Shown here: positions 15,323-24,240 of the stretch, piece by piece
Layout of the letters: the number at the start of each line of letters is the position of its first letter
How positions within the stretch are numbered: position 1 is the stretch's first letter
IMG/VR virus record: IMGVR_UViG_3300017548_000187
Span: 1 to 53,453 of that record
Length of the DNA: 53,453 bases
Source: a virus
Lineage: Duplodnaviria; Caudoviricetes
Reading direction: 5' to 3' (one strand)
The notes under the pieces: generated by a model
Databases searched by the model: none
What the model was told of the DNA's origin: nothing
The model's input: only the letters and a program-made list of their open reading frames with translations
Made by a program: the position numbers and the translations under genes

Positions 15323-17835
15323 AGACGTATGAGGAATTCTTGCGCGAGAAAGTGAAGCTCGCGGCGTTCACCGGCTTCGATGTTGATCCGGCCGAAATCA
15401 ATCCGGCGCTGAAGCCGCACACCCGCGACATCGTTCGCTGGATGGTGAAGGGTGGTAACCGCGCCGTGTTCGCCAGCTTCGGCTTGCACAAGACCGCGAC
15501 GCAGCTGGAAGCGCTGCGGCTGATCGGCGCCCACCGTTCAGGCCTGCGCCTGCAGGTGCTGCCGCTGGGTGTGCGGCAGGAATTCTTCCGCGAGGCCCGC
15601 GAGCGATTCCAGGGAGACTTCGCAGTCGATCTGCGCTTCATCCGCAGCGACAGCGAAATCGGCGATGAACGCACCATCTACCTGACGAACTACGAGAGCG
15701 TGCGCGAGGGGAAAGTGTCACCGTCGCTGTTCCGCGCCACCAGCCTGGACGAAGCCGCCATCCTGCGCAGTTTCGGCAGCAAGACCTACCAGGAGTTCCT
15801 GCCGGCGTTCGCCCCGGTCGAGTTCAAGTACGTGGCCACGGCCACGCCGGATCCGAACCGCTACAAGGAATTGATCCACTACGCCGGCTACCTGGGCGTC
15901 ATGGACACCGGCCAGGCTCTGACGCGCTTCTTTCAGCGCGACAGCGAAAAGGCCGGCAACCTGACCCTGTACCCGCACAAGGAACAGGAGTTCTGGCTTT
16001 GGGTCGCCAGTTGGGCGGTGTTCATCACGAAGCCCAGCGACCTGGGCCATAGCGATGACGGCTATGTCCTGCCCGATCTGGACGTGCGTTGGCACGAAAT
16101 TCCGAGCGACTACGCAGCGGCGGGCACCGAGAAGAGCGGCCAAGGCCTGCTGGTGCCCGACCTGGCCATGGGCCTGTCGGCCGCCGCGCGCGAGAAGCGC
16201 GACAGTTTGCCGGCTCGGGTCGAACTGGTGCGCGATCTGGTGGACCAGGATCCGGAGGACCATTTCATCGTCTGGCACGACCTGGAAGATGAGCGCCACG
16301 CCATTCAGAAGGCCATTCCCGAGGCGGTGAGCGTGTGGGGGTCGCAGCCACTGGAAGAGCGCGAGCAGCGCATCATTGACTTCAGCGATGGCCAGCACCG
16401 GATACTGTCCACAAAGCCGGTCATCGCGGGCAGCGGCTGCAATTTCCAACGGCACTGCCACCGCGAGATATTCGCCGGCGTCGGGTTCAAGTTCAACGAC
16501 TTCATCCAGGCCGTGCACCGGACGTTCCGATTCGGCCAGACCAAGCGCGTGCGCCTGGACATCATCCACACCGAGGCCGAACGCGAAGTGGTGGCGACGC
16601 TGAAGGCCAAGTGGAAGCGCCACGACGAGCAGCAGGCGCGCATGGCGGCCCTGGTGCGTCAGTATGGCCTGGATCACCTGGCGATGCAGGACACGCTGGC
16701 CAGGACCATCGGGATCGAGCGTCGGGTCGTGCGAGGCCAGTGCTTTGAGGTCGCCAACAACGACTGCGTTCTGGAAGCGATGGAGCAGCCGGAGAATTCG
16801 GTCGACCTGATCGTCACCAGCATCCCGTTCGCCAACCACTACGAGTACACGCCCAGCTACAACGACTTCGGCCACACCGAGGATAACGACCACTTCTGGG
16901 CCCAGATGGACTACCTGACCCCGGAGCTGCTACGGATCCTCAAGCCGGGCCGGATGTACTGCTGCCACGTGAAGGACCGGATCAATTTCGGAAACGTCAC
17001 GGGCGCCGGCGTGCCCACCGTCAGCCCATTCCACGCCGAGGCGATCTTTCACGCCCGCAAGCACGGTTTCGACTACATGGGCATGATCACCGTGGTGACC
17101 GACGTGGTGCGCGAAAACAACCAGACGTACCGCCTGGGTTACAGCGAAATGTGTAAGGACGGCTCGAAAATGGGGGTGGGCAGCCCTGAGTATGTGCTGC
17201 TATTCCACAAGCCGCAGTCCGATCGCGGCCGCGGCTATGCCGATACCCCGATAGCGAAAAGCAAGGCGGAGTACAGCCTGGCGCGCTGGCAGATCGACGC
17301 CCACGCCTTCTGGCGCTCGAGCGGCAACCGCCTGCTGACCGCCGACGAGATGGCCATGATGGGCCCGGACCGCCTAGCTAAGTTCTTCACCGAGGACAGC
17401 CTGCAGCGGGTCTACGACTTCGAGCATCACCGCCAGATTGGCGAGCAGCTGCAGGCACGCAATGCGCTTCCCAGCGATTTCATGAGCCTGGCGCCGGGGA
17501 GCCACCACCCCGACGTCTGGCACGACGTCAATCGCATGCTGACGCTCAACGGCGACCAGTCGCGGCGCGCCGTTGAAAAGCACGTATGCCCGCTGCAATT
17601 TGACATCGTGGACCGCCTGATCGAGCGCTACAGCATGAAAGGCGAGCGTGTCTACGACCCGTTCCATGGGCTGGGTACGGTCGGCGTGCGCGCCATCAAG
17701 CTGGGCCGTACGGCCGGCGGATCGGAGCTCAGCGCCGCCTATTTTAAGGATCAGGTGCACTACCTGCAGGCAGCCGAGCGCGAAGCCACCATGCCCACGC
17801 TGTTCGATTTCGATGAGCTTGAGGCTGCGGCATGA
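15319..17835 (+). CDS. SNF2-like helicase fused to N4/N6 DNA methyltransferase
   Basis: GLHKT, LDEAA, TATP, QAVHRTFRFGQ, then TSIPF (SPPY-like), HVCPLQ and DPFHGLGT. Confidence 0.88.
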   Translation: MKTYEEFLREKVKLAAFTGFDVDPAEINPALKPHTRDIVRWMVKGGNRAVFASFGLHKTATQLEALRLIGAHRSGLRLQVLPLGVRQEFFREARERFQGDFAVDLRFIRSDSEIGDERTIYLTNYESVREGKVSPSLFRATSLDEAAILRSFGSKTYQEFLPAFAPVEFKYVATATPDPNRYKELIHYAGYLGVMDTGQALTRFFQRDSEKAGNLTLYPHKEQEFWLWVASWAVFITKPSDLGHSDDGYVLPDLDVRWHEIPSDYAAAGTEKSGQGLLVPDLAMGLSAAAREKRDSLPARVELVRDLVDQDPEDHFIVWHDLEDERHAIQKAIPEAVSVWGSQPLEEREQRIIDFSDGQHRILSTKPVIAGSGCNFQRHCHREIFAGVGFKFNDFIQAVHRTFRFGQTKRVRLDIIHTEAEREVVATLKAKWKRHDEQQARMAALVRQYGLDHLAMQDTLARTIGIERRVVRGQCFEVANNDCVLEAMEQPENSVDLIVTSIPFANHYEYTPSYNDFGHTEDNDHFWAQMDYLTPELLRILKPGRMYCCHVKDRINFGNVTGAGVPTVSPFHAEAIFHARKHGFDYMGMITVVTDVVRENNQTYRLGYSEMCKDGSKMGVGSPEYVLLFHKPQSDRGRGYADTPIAKSKAEYSLARWQIDAHAFWRSSGNRLLTADEMAMMGPDRLAKFFTEDSLQRVYDFEHHRQIGEQLQARNALPSDFMSLAPGSHHPDVWHDVNRMLTLNGDQSRRAVEKHVCPLQFDIVDRLIERYSMKGERVYDPFHGLGTVGVRAIKLGRTAGGSELSAAYFKDQVHYLQAAEREATMPTLFDFDELEAAA

Positions 17836-18179
17836 CAGCGCCGCTTATCAGCAGCCAGCGCTACCTCGATCCGCAGCTGGTCGAGCGTAAGGCCCGCACG
17901 TTCCGGGTGTTCGTCGTGTCCACGCTTCAAACGCAGCTGCGCGGCAAAACCTATCGCGTGCTGCTGGACGGCCACCACAATCTCGCCGCCGCTCGACTGG
18001 CGGGTGTCGCACCGGACTGGCGCGGCCCGTCCAACAAGATGCGGCGGATCATGGCCAGCATGCCGCCGGCCGACTTCGAGCGCATGCTCATCAACAATCT
18101 GACCGATTCGGAGTGGTATTTCGTCGACACCGGCGAGGTGGTGCCCGATCTGCTGGGCGTCGAGCGGGAGGCCGCATGA
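17832..18179 (+). CDS. ParB/Srx N-terminal-like protein
   Basis: VLLDGHHNLAAA motif; coupled to the MTase. Confidence 0.7.
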   Translation: MTAPLISSQRYLDPQLVERKARTFRVFVVSTLQTQLRGKTYRVLLDGHHNLAAARLAGVAPDWRGPSNKMRRIMASMPPADFERMLINNLTDSEWYFVDTGEVVPDLLGVEREAA

Positions 18180-18769
18180 AGTGGTCCGAACACACCATTG
18201 CCCGCGCGCTGGTACGCCAGACGTTCAACCGCAAGTACCTGGTGGTGGTGCCCAACTGCAACTGGACGGGCCACGAATGCGACCTGCTGGTGGTGACGGA
18301 GAACCTGCGCATCATCGACGTCGAAATCAAGATCACCCGCGCTGACCTGAAGGCGGATGCCAAGAAGGACAAATGGTGGCACCGCCAGTACGTAGGCGCG
18401 CCGCGCTGCGTGGACCAGTTCAATCGCCACGGGCGACTAATCAGTCGTCGGCACGTGTACGCCCAGCAGTTCGAGCTTCGGGACTGGCCTCACAAGGTCT
18501 GGAAGCACTACTACGCGCTGCCCAAGGAAATCTGGCGGCCCGAGCTGCTGTCGGTCCTGCCGAGCCAGCACAGCGGCGTCCTGTTGCTGGATGGCGACGG
18601 CTACCCACGGCCGGCGGGCGACATCATGCGGATCGATTGCGTGCGTCGCGCCACGCCAAACCGGGACGCGCCGGCGATCAGCCCGGCCGCGGCGGTCGAT
18701 ATCGCGCGCCTGGCGAGTCTCCGCATGTGGGAGGCGTACGGGCGCCTGGAAAGCAAGGAGGCCGCGTGA
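18176..18769 (+). CDS. PD-(D/E)XK (MmcB-like) nuclease-fold protein
   Basis: ECDLLVV...EIKITRADLKAD.KKDKW. Confidence 0.65.
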   Translation: MKWSEHTIARALVRQTFNRKYLVVVPNCNWTGHECDLLVVTENLRIIDVEIKITRADLKADAKKDKWWHRQYVGAPRCVDQFNRHGRLISRRHVYAQQFELRDWPHKVWKHYYALPKEIWRPELLSVLPSQHSGVLLLDGDGYPRPAGDIMRIDCVRRATPNRDAPAISPAAAVDIARLASLRMWEAYGRLESKEAA

Positions 18770-19737
18770 TGGCCAGCCCTGAACCCCTGACACCCCCTGA
18801 CTGCAACCTGCAGGACTTCCAATTCATGCCGCTGGACGTGCTGCGCCTGCGCGACTCCGAGCTGGCATCGAACGAAACCCCCGAGGCATGCTGGGCCGCC
18901 GTGCTTCTGTGGTGCGCGGCCTGGCACCAGGTGCCGGCCGGCTCAATCCCGAACGACGAGCAGTGGATCGCCAAGCAGGCCGGCTACGCCAGGCGCGGCC
19001 GCATCGACAAGGAATGGGCCGACGTTCGACCTGGGGCCTTGCGGGGCTGGATCGAGTGCAGCGACGGCCGCCTGTATCACCCTGTGGTGGCCGAGAAGGC
19101 GCGCGATGCGTGGCAATCGAAGCTCGAGCAGCGCTGGCGGTCGGAGTGTGGCCGCGTCAAGAAGCACAACCAGCGCCACGGGACAAAGGTGGTCGCGCCC
19201 GATTTTGTCACCTGGCTGTCGCTTGGTTGTCCCCAGGGACAACCGTTGCCTGTCCCCGGGGACAACGCACAACAGGAGCAGGGACAAGGGGTCAATGTCC
19301 CCGGCCCAGGCGCCGCAAGTCCCCAGGACACCCCCGGGGACACGGGGTCCAAGGGACAGGGAGAGGGACAGGGACAGGGAGACTCTTCCGTAGAACCTAG
19401 TGGTTCTACGGCCGCTGGCGCGGCGCCGAAGCCGCCCGACCAGATGACCAAGGACGAGCTGTGGGCGGCCGGCAAGAGCCTGCTCAGCCAGGCCGGCATG
19501 CCCGCCGCGCAGTGCGGCTCGTTCGTCGGCAAGCTGGTCAAGGACCACGGGCCCGACGTAGTCGTCGATGCCGTGCGCAGCGCCGTGCTGGAACGCCCCG
19601 CAGACCCGGCGTCGTTCCTGAGGGCCGCCTGCCAGCGCCGCGTGGGCCAGCGCCAGACCCCCAACCGCCAGGAAGCCCTGGAAGCCCGCAACCGCGAAGT
19701 GGCGCGCCGCCTGGCCGCCGGAGGAACCGCATCGTGA
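18769..19737 (+). CDS. Replication initiator (DUF1376/YdaU-like, O-analogue)
   Basis: FMPLDVxRLRDS, LWCAAWHQVPAGSIPNDE; internal iteron region. Confidence 0.8.
   Translation: MASPEPLTPPDCNLQDFQFMPLDVLRLRDSELASNETPEACWAAVLLWCAAWHQVPAGSIPNDEQWIAKQAGYARRGRIDKEWADVRPGALRGWIECSDGRLYHPVVAEKARDAWQSKLEQRWRSECGRVKKHNQRHGTKVVAPDFVTWLSLGCPQGQPLPVPGDNAQQEQGQGVNVPGPGAASPQDTPGDTGSKGQGEGQGQGDSSVEPSGSTAAGAAPKPPDQMTKDELWAAGKSLLSQAGMPAAQCGSFVGKLVKDHGPDVVVDAVRSAVLERPADPASFLRAACQRRVGQRQTPNRQEALEARNREVARRLAAGGTAS
19180..19385. repeat. Putative origin of replication (iterons)
   Basis: Palindromic TGTCCC-N2-GGGACA at 19228-41 and 19251-64, plus many GGGACA/TGTCCC half-sites inside the initiator gene, as in lambdoid ori. 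Confidence 0.7.
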
Positions 19738-20381
19738 CCGAATCCGACCGCGAACCGTTTTTCACCCTGCTGGCTGACGTCTACGCCTTCTACCGGGCGG
19801 ACCTCTCGACCTTCGTGGGCAGCGTCTGGTGGACCGCCATGCAGCCCTACGACCTGGCTGCCGTGAACGACGCCATGGGCCGGCATTGCGCCAACCCGGA
19901 CACCGGCCAGTACCTGCCGAAACCCGCCGACGTCGTGCGCATGCTCCAGGGCAGCACGCAGGACAGCGCCCTGGTGGCTTGGGCCAAGGTCGATCGCGCC
20001 GTGCGCCAGGTCGGCACCTGGCAGTCCGTGGTGTTCGACGACGCCCTGATCCATCGCGTGCTGCACGACATGGGCGGCTGGCTGGCGCTCGAGCGCAATA
20101 CCGAGGACGACTGGCCGTTCGTGGCCAAGGAATTCCAGAACCGGTACCGCGGCTACCGAGGGCGCAGCGAGCGCCCCGACTACCCGCCGGTGCTGGTCGG
20201 CGCCACGCAGGCGCACAACAGCCGGGTGGGTGGCGGCGCGCCGGCGCCGGTGCTGATCGGCGACGCCGGCCAGGCCCGGGCGGTGCTGGCCGGCGGCACG
20301 ACGTCGCCGCTGGTCGGCTTTTCCCAGGTCACGCGGCCCGAGCTGCTTGCGCTGGCCGCGCCGAATCGGGAGGCCGCGTGA
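19734..20381 (+). CDS. Replication accessory protein (DUF6475-like, P-position)
   Basis: GTGA-coupled; PKPADVV and SVVFDDALIHRV..MGGW motifs. Confidence 0.7.
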   Translation: MTESDREPFFTLLADVYAFYRADLSTFVGSVWWTAMQPYDLAAVNDAMGRHCANPDTGQYLPKPADVVRMLQGSTQDSALVAWAKVDRAVRQVGTWQSVVFDDALIHRVLHDMGGWLALERNTEDDWPFVAKEFQNRYRGYRGRSERPDYPPVLVGATQAHNSRVGGGAPAPVLIGDAGQARAVLAGGTTSPLVGFSQVTRPELLALAAPNREAA

Positions 20382-20551
20382 TGGCCGCCGAACAGCAGGG
20401 CATGCCGGCCCAGCCGCTGCGCGACCCGCGCCGCTGGGCGCGCAAGATCCTGGCCGAGCAGCAACGCCGCGGCGGCCACCGGTATCCGCCGGCAGTGCTG
20501 GCCATGGCCGAGCGCGCCATCACGGCGCCGGCCGGGGAGGGGCGGTCATGA
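20381..20551 (+). CDS. Small hypothetical protein
   Basis: Translationally coupled; DPRRWARKIL motif. Confidence 0.55.
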   Translation: MAAEQQGMPAQPLRDPRRWARKILAEQQRRGGHRYPPAVLAMAERAITAPAGEGRS

Positions 20552-20655
20552 TCTGGGTATTCGCCGTCCTGGGGGTGGTGCTGGTGGCCTGCCTCGGCTT
20601 GGCGATCTGGGCGCTGGCCGCCGCCTACAAGCGGGAGTACGACGAATGGCTGTGA
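20548..20655 (+). CDS. Small TM peptide
   Basis: ATGA overlap and GGAGG RBS; MIWVFAVLGVVLVACLGLAIWALAA. Confidence 0.5.
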   Translation: MIWVFAVLGVVLVACLGLAIWALAAAYKREYDEWL

Positions 20656-20906
20656 GAGGCGGTTACCTCGCCATTGGCGTCTGGCCGGTGGTCCGTGAGC
20701 AGGGTTGGGGCATCCTGCCGTTCCGCGGCGACAAGGTCCATTACTTCCACCGCGGCGCGCTGACGGCCGAAGGCGGCCGGTTCGTGTACTCGAGCTGCGG
20801 CGTCCGTGGCGCCGAGACAACCCAGGTGCCGCTGCTGGTGCCCGGGAACTTCCCGCGCTGCCAGAACTGCACGCGCGCTTTGCCAGCCTGGAAGCGGTAC
20901 GCATGA
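20646..20906 (+). CDS. Small Zn-finger-like protein
   Basis: H..SCG...CQNC. Confidence 0.55.
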   Translation: MAVRGGYLAIGVWPVVREQGWGILPFRGDKVHYFHRGALTAEGGRFVYSSCGVRGAETTQVPLLVPGNFPRCQNCTRALPAWKRYA

Positions 20907-21154
20907 CGCCGCCAAATACCGTCCAGTGCGTCGGCTGCCGCCTGTTCAGCTTGCAGAAGCACGCGGCCATGGCAGAGCAGCAGCTCGGCAAGTGCGAGCT
21001 CGAGGCGTCTACACATCCCGGCCGATTCCGCGGCGCCCACCGCGTCCACGAATGCCCGAATTTCGCCGCGGCGCTAGCCCCGGTGGTTGAAAAACGAGCT
21101 GAATGGCTGCGCAAGCGCCGTGAGGATAGGAGGTTGATGTGCTTGAATTCGTGA
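20903..21154 (+). CDS. Small Cys-rich protein
   Basis: CVGC...GKC...CPNF. Confidence 0.55.
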   Translation: MTPPNTVQCVGCRLFSLQKHAAMAEQQLGKCELEASTHPGRFRGAHRVHECPNFAAALAPVVEKRAEWLRKRREDRRLMCLNS

Positions 21155-21585
21155 TTCCCGGGGTTCCCGCTGGAAAAGGGCGGCCACGCACGCTCAGGCG
21201 CGGCAACCACATCAAATTGGTTACCCCGGACGAAACTGCTGCATACGAAAGCAAGGTCGCTCTGGCCGGCCACCAGGCTATGGCTGGGCGCGCATTGCTG
21301 AGCGGGCCCGTACGCGCAGTGCTCACGATCAAGCTGCCAATCCCGGCGTCTTGGTCCAAGCGCAAGCAGGCCGCCGCGCTGGCGGGCACCGAACTACCCA
21401 CCAAGAAGCCGGACGCCGACAACGTCGTCAAGGCCATATTTGATGGCCTCAATGGCGTCGTCTGGAACGACGACACCCAGGTGGTCGACATGGTGGTCCG
21501 CAAGCGCTACGCGGCCGTGCCGGGCGTGGCCGTCAGGATCGCCATCGTCGAATTTCAACCTGAAGACCTTCTGGAAGCCCTCTGA
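21139..21585 (+). CDS. rusA: RusA Holliday-junction resolvase
   Basis: GKGRPR and KPDADNVVKAIFDGLNGVVWNDDTQV. Confidence 0.92.
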   Translation: MLEFVIPGVPAGKGRPRTLRRGNHIKLVTPDETAAYESKVALAGHQAMAGRALLSGPVRAVLTIKLPIPASWSKRKQAAALAGTELPTKKPDADNVVKAIFDGLNGVVWNDDTQVVDMVVRKRYAAVPGVAVRIAIVEFQPEDLLEAL

Positions 21586-22256
21586 TGCAATCCGCCGCCG
21601 CAGTGCACCGCGACGCGCTGGCCACCCCGGCCGGCGAGCCGCTGTTTTCCAGCGCCCACGCCGCGCTGACGTTCGCCTTCAACCACACCGCCCAGGTGTA
21701 CGACCGGCCGCTGATGGCGCGCCTGGCCAGTAAGCCCCGCCCCGGTGGCGGCAAGGGCCTGGGCGGCACGGATGGCGCCGGCCAGGCCGGCATGATCCTG
21801 GCCAAGTTGGATCAACTGACGGAGCTGCACCAGTTGATCATCCTGGCAAGGTTCCTGCCGCAGACGGCGTGCTGCTCGCATTGCGGCAGCGATGCCTGGG
21901 ACGCCGATTGGCTGGCCGTAATTCGCAAAATATCGGACGCCGCCATGCTCCATGGTGTGCTGTCCGGACACATCATCCACAGGGCAGTGCGGGACGCCCT
22001 GGTGATGCGCTACTTCGCCAACAAGGCCAATCGCAAGCGCATCTTGTTGGGCACGATTGCCGCCAAGGCCGGCATCAGCGACCGCACGGTGACCGACCAG
22101 AACAGCAAGATCGTGCTATGGCTCAAGGGCAGCCGGTTCACGAAGGCTGGCAAGGGGCAGCTCGCCGCCGGGCAGAAGGGTGAAGATGCGCGGGCCATGG
22201 AACGCGTCGAGGCGGCGCTGGTGGCGGCCGGGATGATTGGCACCGACGAAGATTGA
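21585..22256 (+). CDS. Late-gene antiterminator (Q-like)
   Basis: Last early gene before a promoter-terminator pair; CxxC and C-terminal HTH (IAAKAGISDRTV). Confidence 0.65.
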   Translation: MQSAAAVHRDALATPAGEPLFSSAHAALTFAFNHTAQVYDRPLMARLASKPRPGGGKGLGGTDGAGQAGMILAKLDQLTELHQLIILARFLPQTACCSHCGSDAWDADWLAVIRKISDAAMLHGVLSGHIIHRAVRDALVMRYFANKANRKRILLGTIAAKAGISDRTVTDQNSKIVLWLKGSRFTKAGKGQLAAGQKGEDARAMERVEAALVAAGMIGTDED

Positions 22257-22265
22257 CGATTCAGC

Positions 22266-22294
22266 TTGACGCTCGGGAAAAAAATCCGCAAAAT
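22266..22294 (+). promoter_or_regulatory. Late promoter pR'
   Basis: TTGACG-17-CAAAAT immediately after the Q-like gene. Confidence 0.6.
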
Positions 22295-22333
22295 CCTTTG
22301 TATTCCGTCAAGGTGCATAAGTGCGCCCAGAAG

Positions 22334-22363
22334 AAGCCCCGGGCGAGAGCCGGGGCTTTTTTT
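22334..22363 (+). terminator. tR'-like terminator
   Basis: AAGCCCCGG-loop-CCGGGGC followed by T7. Confidence 0.8.
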
Positions 22364-22381
22364 AGGCATTGGTATCGCCAG

Positions 22382-22690
22382 TCACTGACAGTTTTCACGA
22401 ATGGCCTTCGCGATTGCTGCGCGAGACGGAGGGCGCCATCCAATCACTTTAGTCGCCTGGATGACTGCAAAACCACGAGTCTGGCCTCTACCGACACGAG
22501 TAACGAGCAGTCCGTGCTCTTTTTCCGCCTGAGCAGCAATCTTTGATTCGGTGGATTTGTTCATATTTTCTCGTCCGCTGAGTTTCTTCATTTGCTCAAG
22601 TGTTAGGTAGTAGCGTCCGTACGATTTCCCACCAAATTCAGAGTGATAGAGCTGATTTAGTGCGGCGGCAATATTTGCGATCTCGAACAT
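22382..22690 (-). CDS. Low-GC moron, small basic hypothetical protein
   Basis: AAGGA RBS; 102 aa; AT-rich upstream region. Confidence 0.75.
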   Translation of the reverse strand: MFEIANIAAALNQLYHSEFGGKSYGRYYLTLEQMKKLSGRENMNKSTESKIAAQAEKEHGLLVTRVGRGQTRGFAVIQATKVIGWRPPSRAAIAKAIRENCQ

Positions 22691-22710
22691 GATTTTCCTT
22701 TTTCTAGAAT

Positions 22711-22765
22711 ATCTATAGATTGAAATTGAATTGATCTATAGATTGAACGAATGATATCTATGGAT
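22711..22765. promoter_or_regulatory. Three palindromic operator-like boxes
   Basis: ATCTATAGAT at 22711 and 22734, ATCTATGGAT at 22756. Confidence 0.6.
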
Positions 22766-22767
22766 AG

Positions 22768-22885
22768 CCAATTTGACAAGTAATTAAGCTGCTTTTTTTG
22801 ATTTTTTTAAATCCAAAAAGCTTGATTGAGCCGTCGCCGAAGAACTCGTCAAATTGGAAGTCGCCTTCGGGCGGCTTTTTCTTTT
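22768..22885 (+). ncRNA. Candidate structured small RNA with terminator
   Basis: CCAATTTGAC/GTCAAATTGG outer stem with a nested inner stem, then hairpin AAGTCGCC-ttcg-GGCGGCTT and a U-tract. Confidence 0.4.
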
Positions 22886-23200
22886 GCGCAAACCCGGCGC
22901 GCATCTCCGCCGTCCTGGCCGTGAGGCCGCTGGCACCCATCCGCGCGCCTTTGCCCGGACAAGCCGGTCAGTGTCCGCAACAACGCCGGCAGCGCGCCAT
23001 GTCGGCGGTCCGCCCCATCTCCTGACGGGTCGGTGGTAGGGGCGCGCACACCACCTCACTCCAGGAGAACCGCCATGTTCGGTGCCGACGCCCCGATCAA
23101 CTGCCCGTTCAGCCCGCCGCGCAAGCAGGGTCTGGGTCCTGGCGCAGCTTCGTGACCATGTCCTGCCAGGCCGACACGGCTGAGACATGAAGGAGCGCCC

Positions 23201-23446
23201 ATGTTCGATTTCGAGAAGCGCGGCATGACGACGCGCGAGCTGCTGTCTGTGGTCGTGCTGCTCGCCAGGCAGTGCGGCTACGAGGTTGGGCCCGGCGGCA
23301 CGCTGATCGACAAGAAGACCGGCCGGATCCTCGCCGACGGCCGTACCGAGGCCGAAATGCTGCGTGACGCCGTCAATGACGGTGATATCCGCGCCTTGCG
23401 CGAGCTGCTGAAAGAGCCCGGCCACGAAGGCCAGGGCCGCGCATAG
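23201..23446 (+). CDS. Hypothetical protein
   Basis: AAGGAG RBS; 81 aa. Confidence 0.65.
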   Translation: MFDFEKRGMTTRELLSVVVLLARQCGYEVGPGGTLIDKKTGRILADGRTEAEMLRDAVNDGDIRALRELLKEPGHEGQGRA

Positions 23447-23622
23447 CCCCCAGAACCGAATCTTCCCGACGGACCGCCCAGCCAGCCGGGTGCCCGCGTG
23501 CGGGTAAACACGCGGGAAACTTGTCCCGGGCTCGTCCCCGGACGCTGGCAGACGATAACCGCGGCGCCCAGCCCGCAACGGCGGGTAGGCCGGTATGGGC
23601 GCCAACCACAGGAAGCACCACC

Positions 23623-24240
23623 ATGAAAGCTCAACTTGCCAGGCGACCGCGTCCGCCGCAGGAATTGGCCACTGGTTGTGCATTCTTGCCGGCCCCCGAG
23701 GTGGCCGCCTGGGTCGAGGCCCAGATGCTCGCCGACGGCGGGCCACTCCATAACCCCGACCACCAGCACCTGATCGGTGCCGACTTGGTGTTCCTGTGGG
23801 CGTCGCAAGCCTTCGCCAAGGCTGGCCGCACAGTGCTGGGCCAGGCCGAGCAGGTCATGATCCGCGCTGGCGGCTGGCAGAAGGCGCGCCAGGAACAGCA
23901 GCTTATCGAGTGGTTCGGTCGCGTGCCGGCCTTCCTCATCACGCTGGCGGCCGACTACTGCGCCATTTGCTCGGACGCCGAGTTCTGCGCGCTGGTCGAG
24001 CACGAGCTGTACCACGTGGCCCAGCTGCCCGACGAGTTCGGCGCGCCGGCATTCTTCAGGGACGGCCGACCCAAGCTGGGCATTCGTGGCCACGACGTCG
24101 AGGAATTCGTTGGCGTGGTGCGCCGGTACGGGGCTTCCGAAGAGGTGGCCCAGATGGTGGTGGCCGCCAAGAAGCCGGCCGAGGTCGCGCAGATCAACAT
24201 CGCCAGGGCGTGCGGCACCTGCCTGCTCAAAGCGGCATAA
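23623..24240 (+). CDS. Putative phage metallopeptidase
   Basis: ALVEHELYH (HExxH) and HDVEEF. Confidence 0.8.
   Translation: MKAQLARRPRPPQELATGCAFLPAPEVAAWVEAQMLADGGPLHNPDHQHLIGADLVFLWASQAFAKAGRTVLGQAEQVMIRAGGWQKARQEQQLIEWFGRVPAFLITLAADYCAICSDAEFCALVEHELYHVAQLPDEFGAPAFFRDGRPKLGIRGHDVEEFVGVVRRYGASEEVAQMVVAAKKPAEVAQINIARACGTCLLKAA

Noticed and set aside
19180-19385. GGGACA repeats as a novel array
   Set aside because: Best explained as ordinary lambdoid ori iterons within the initiator gene.
22773-22778. Perfect TTGACA -35 box
   Set aside because: No -10 hexamer at 16-18 bp spacing; it is part of the inverted-repeat stem.
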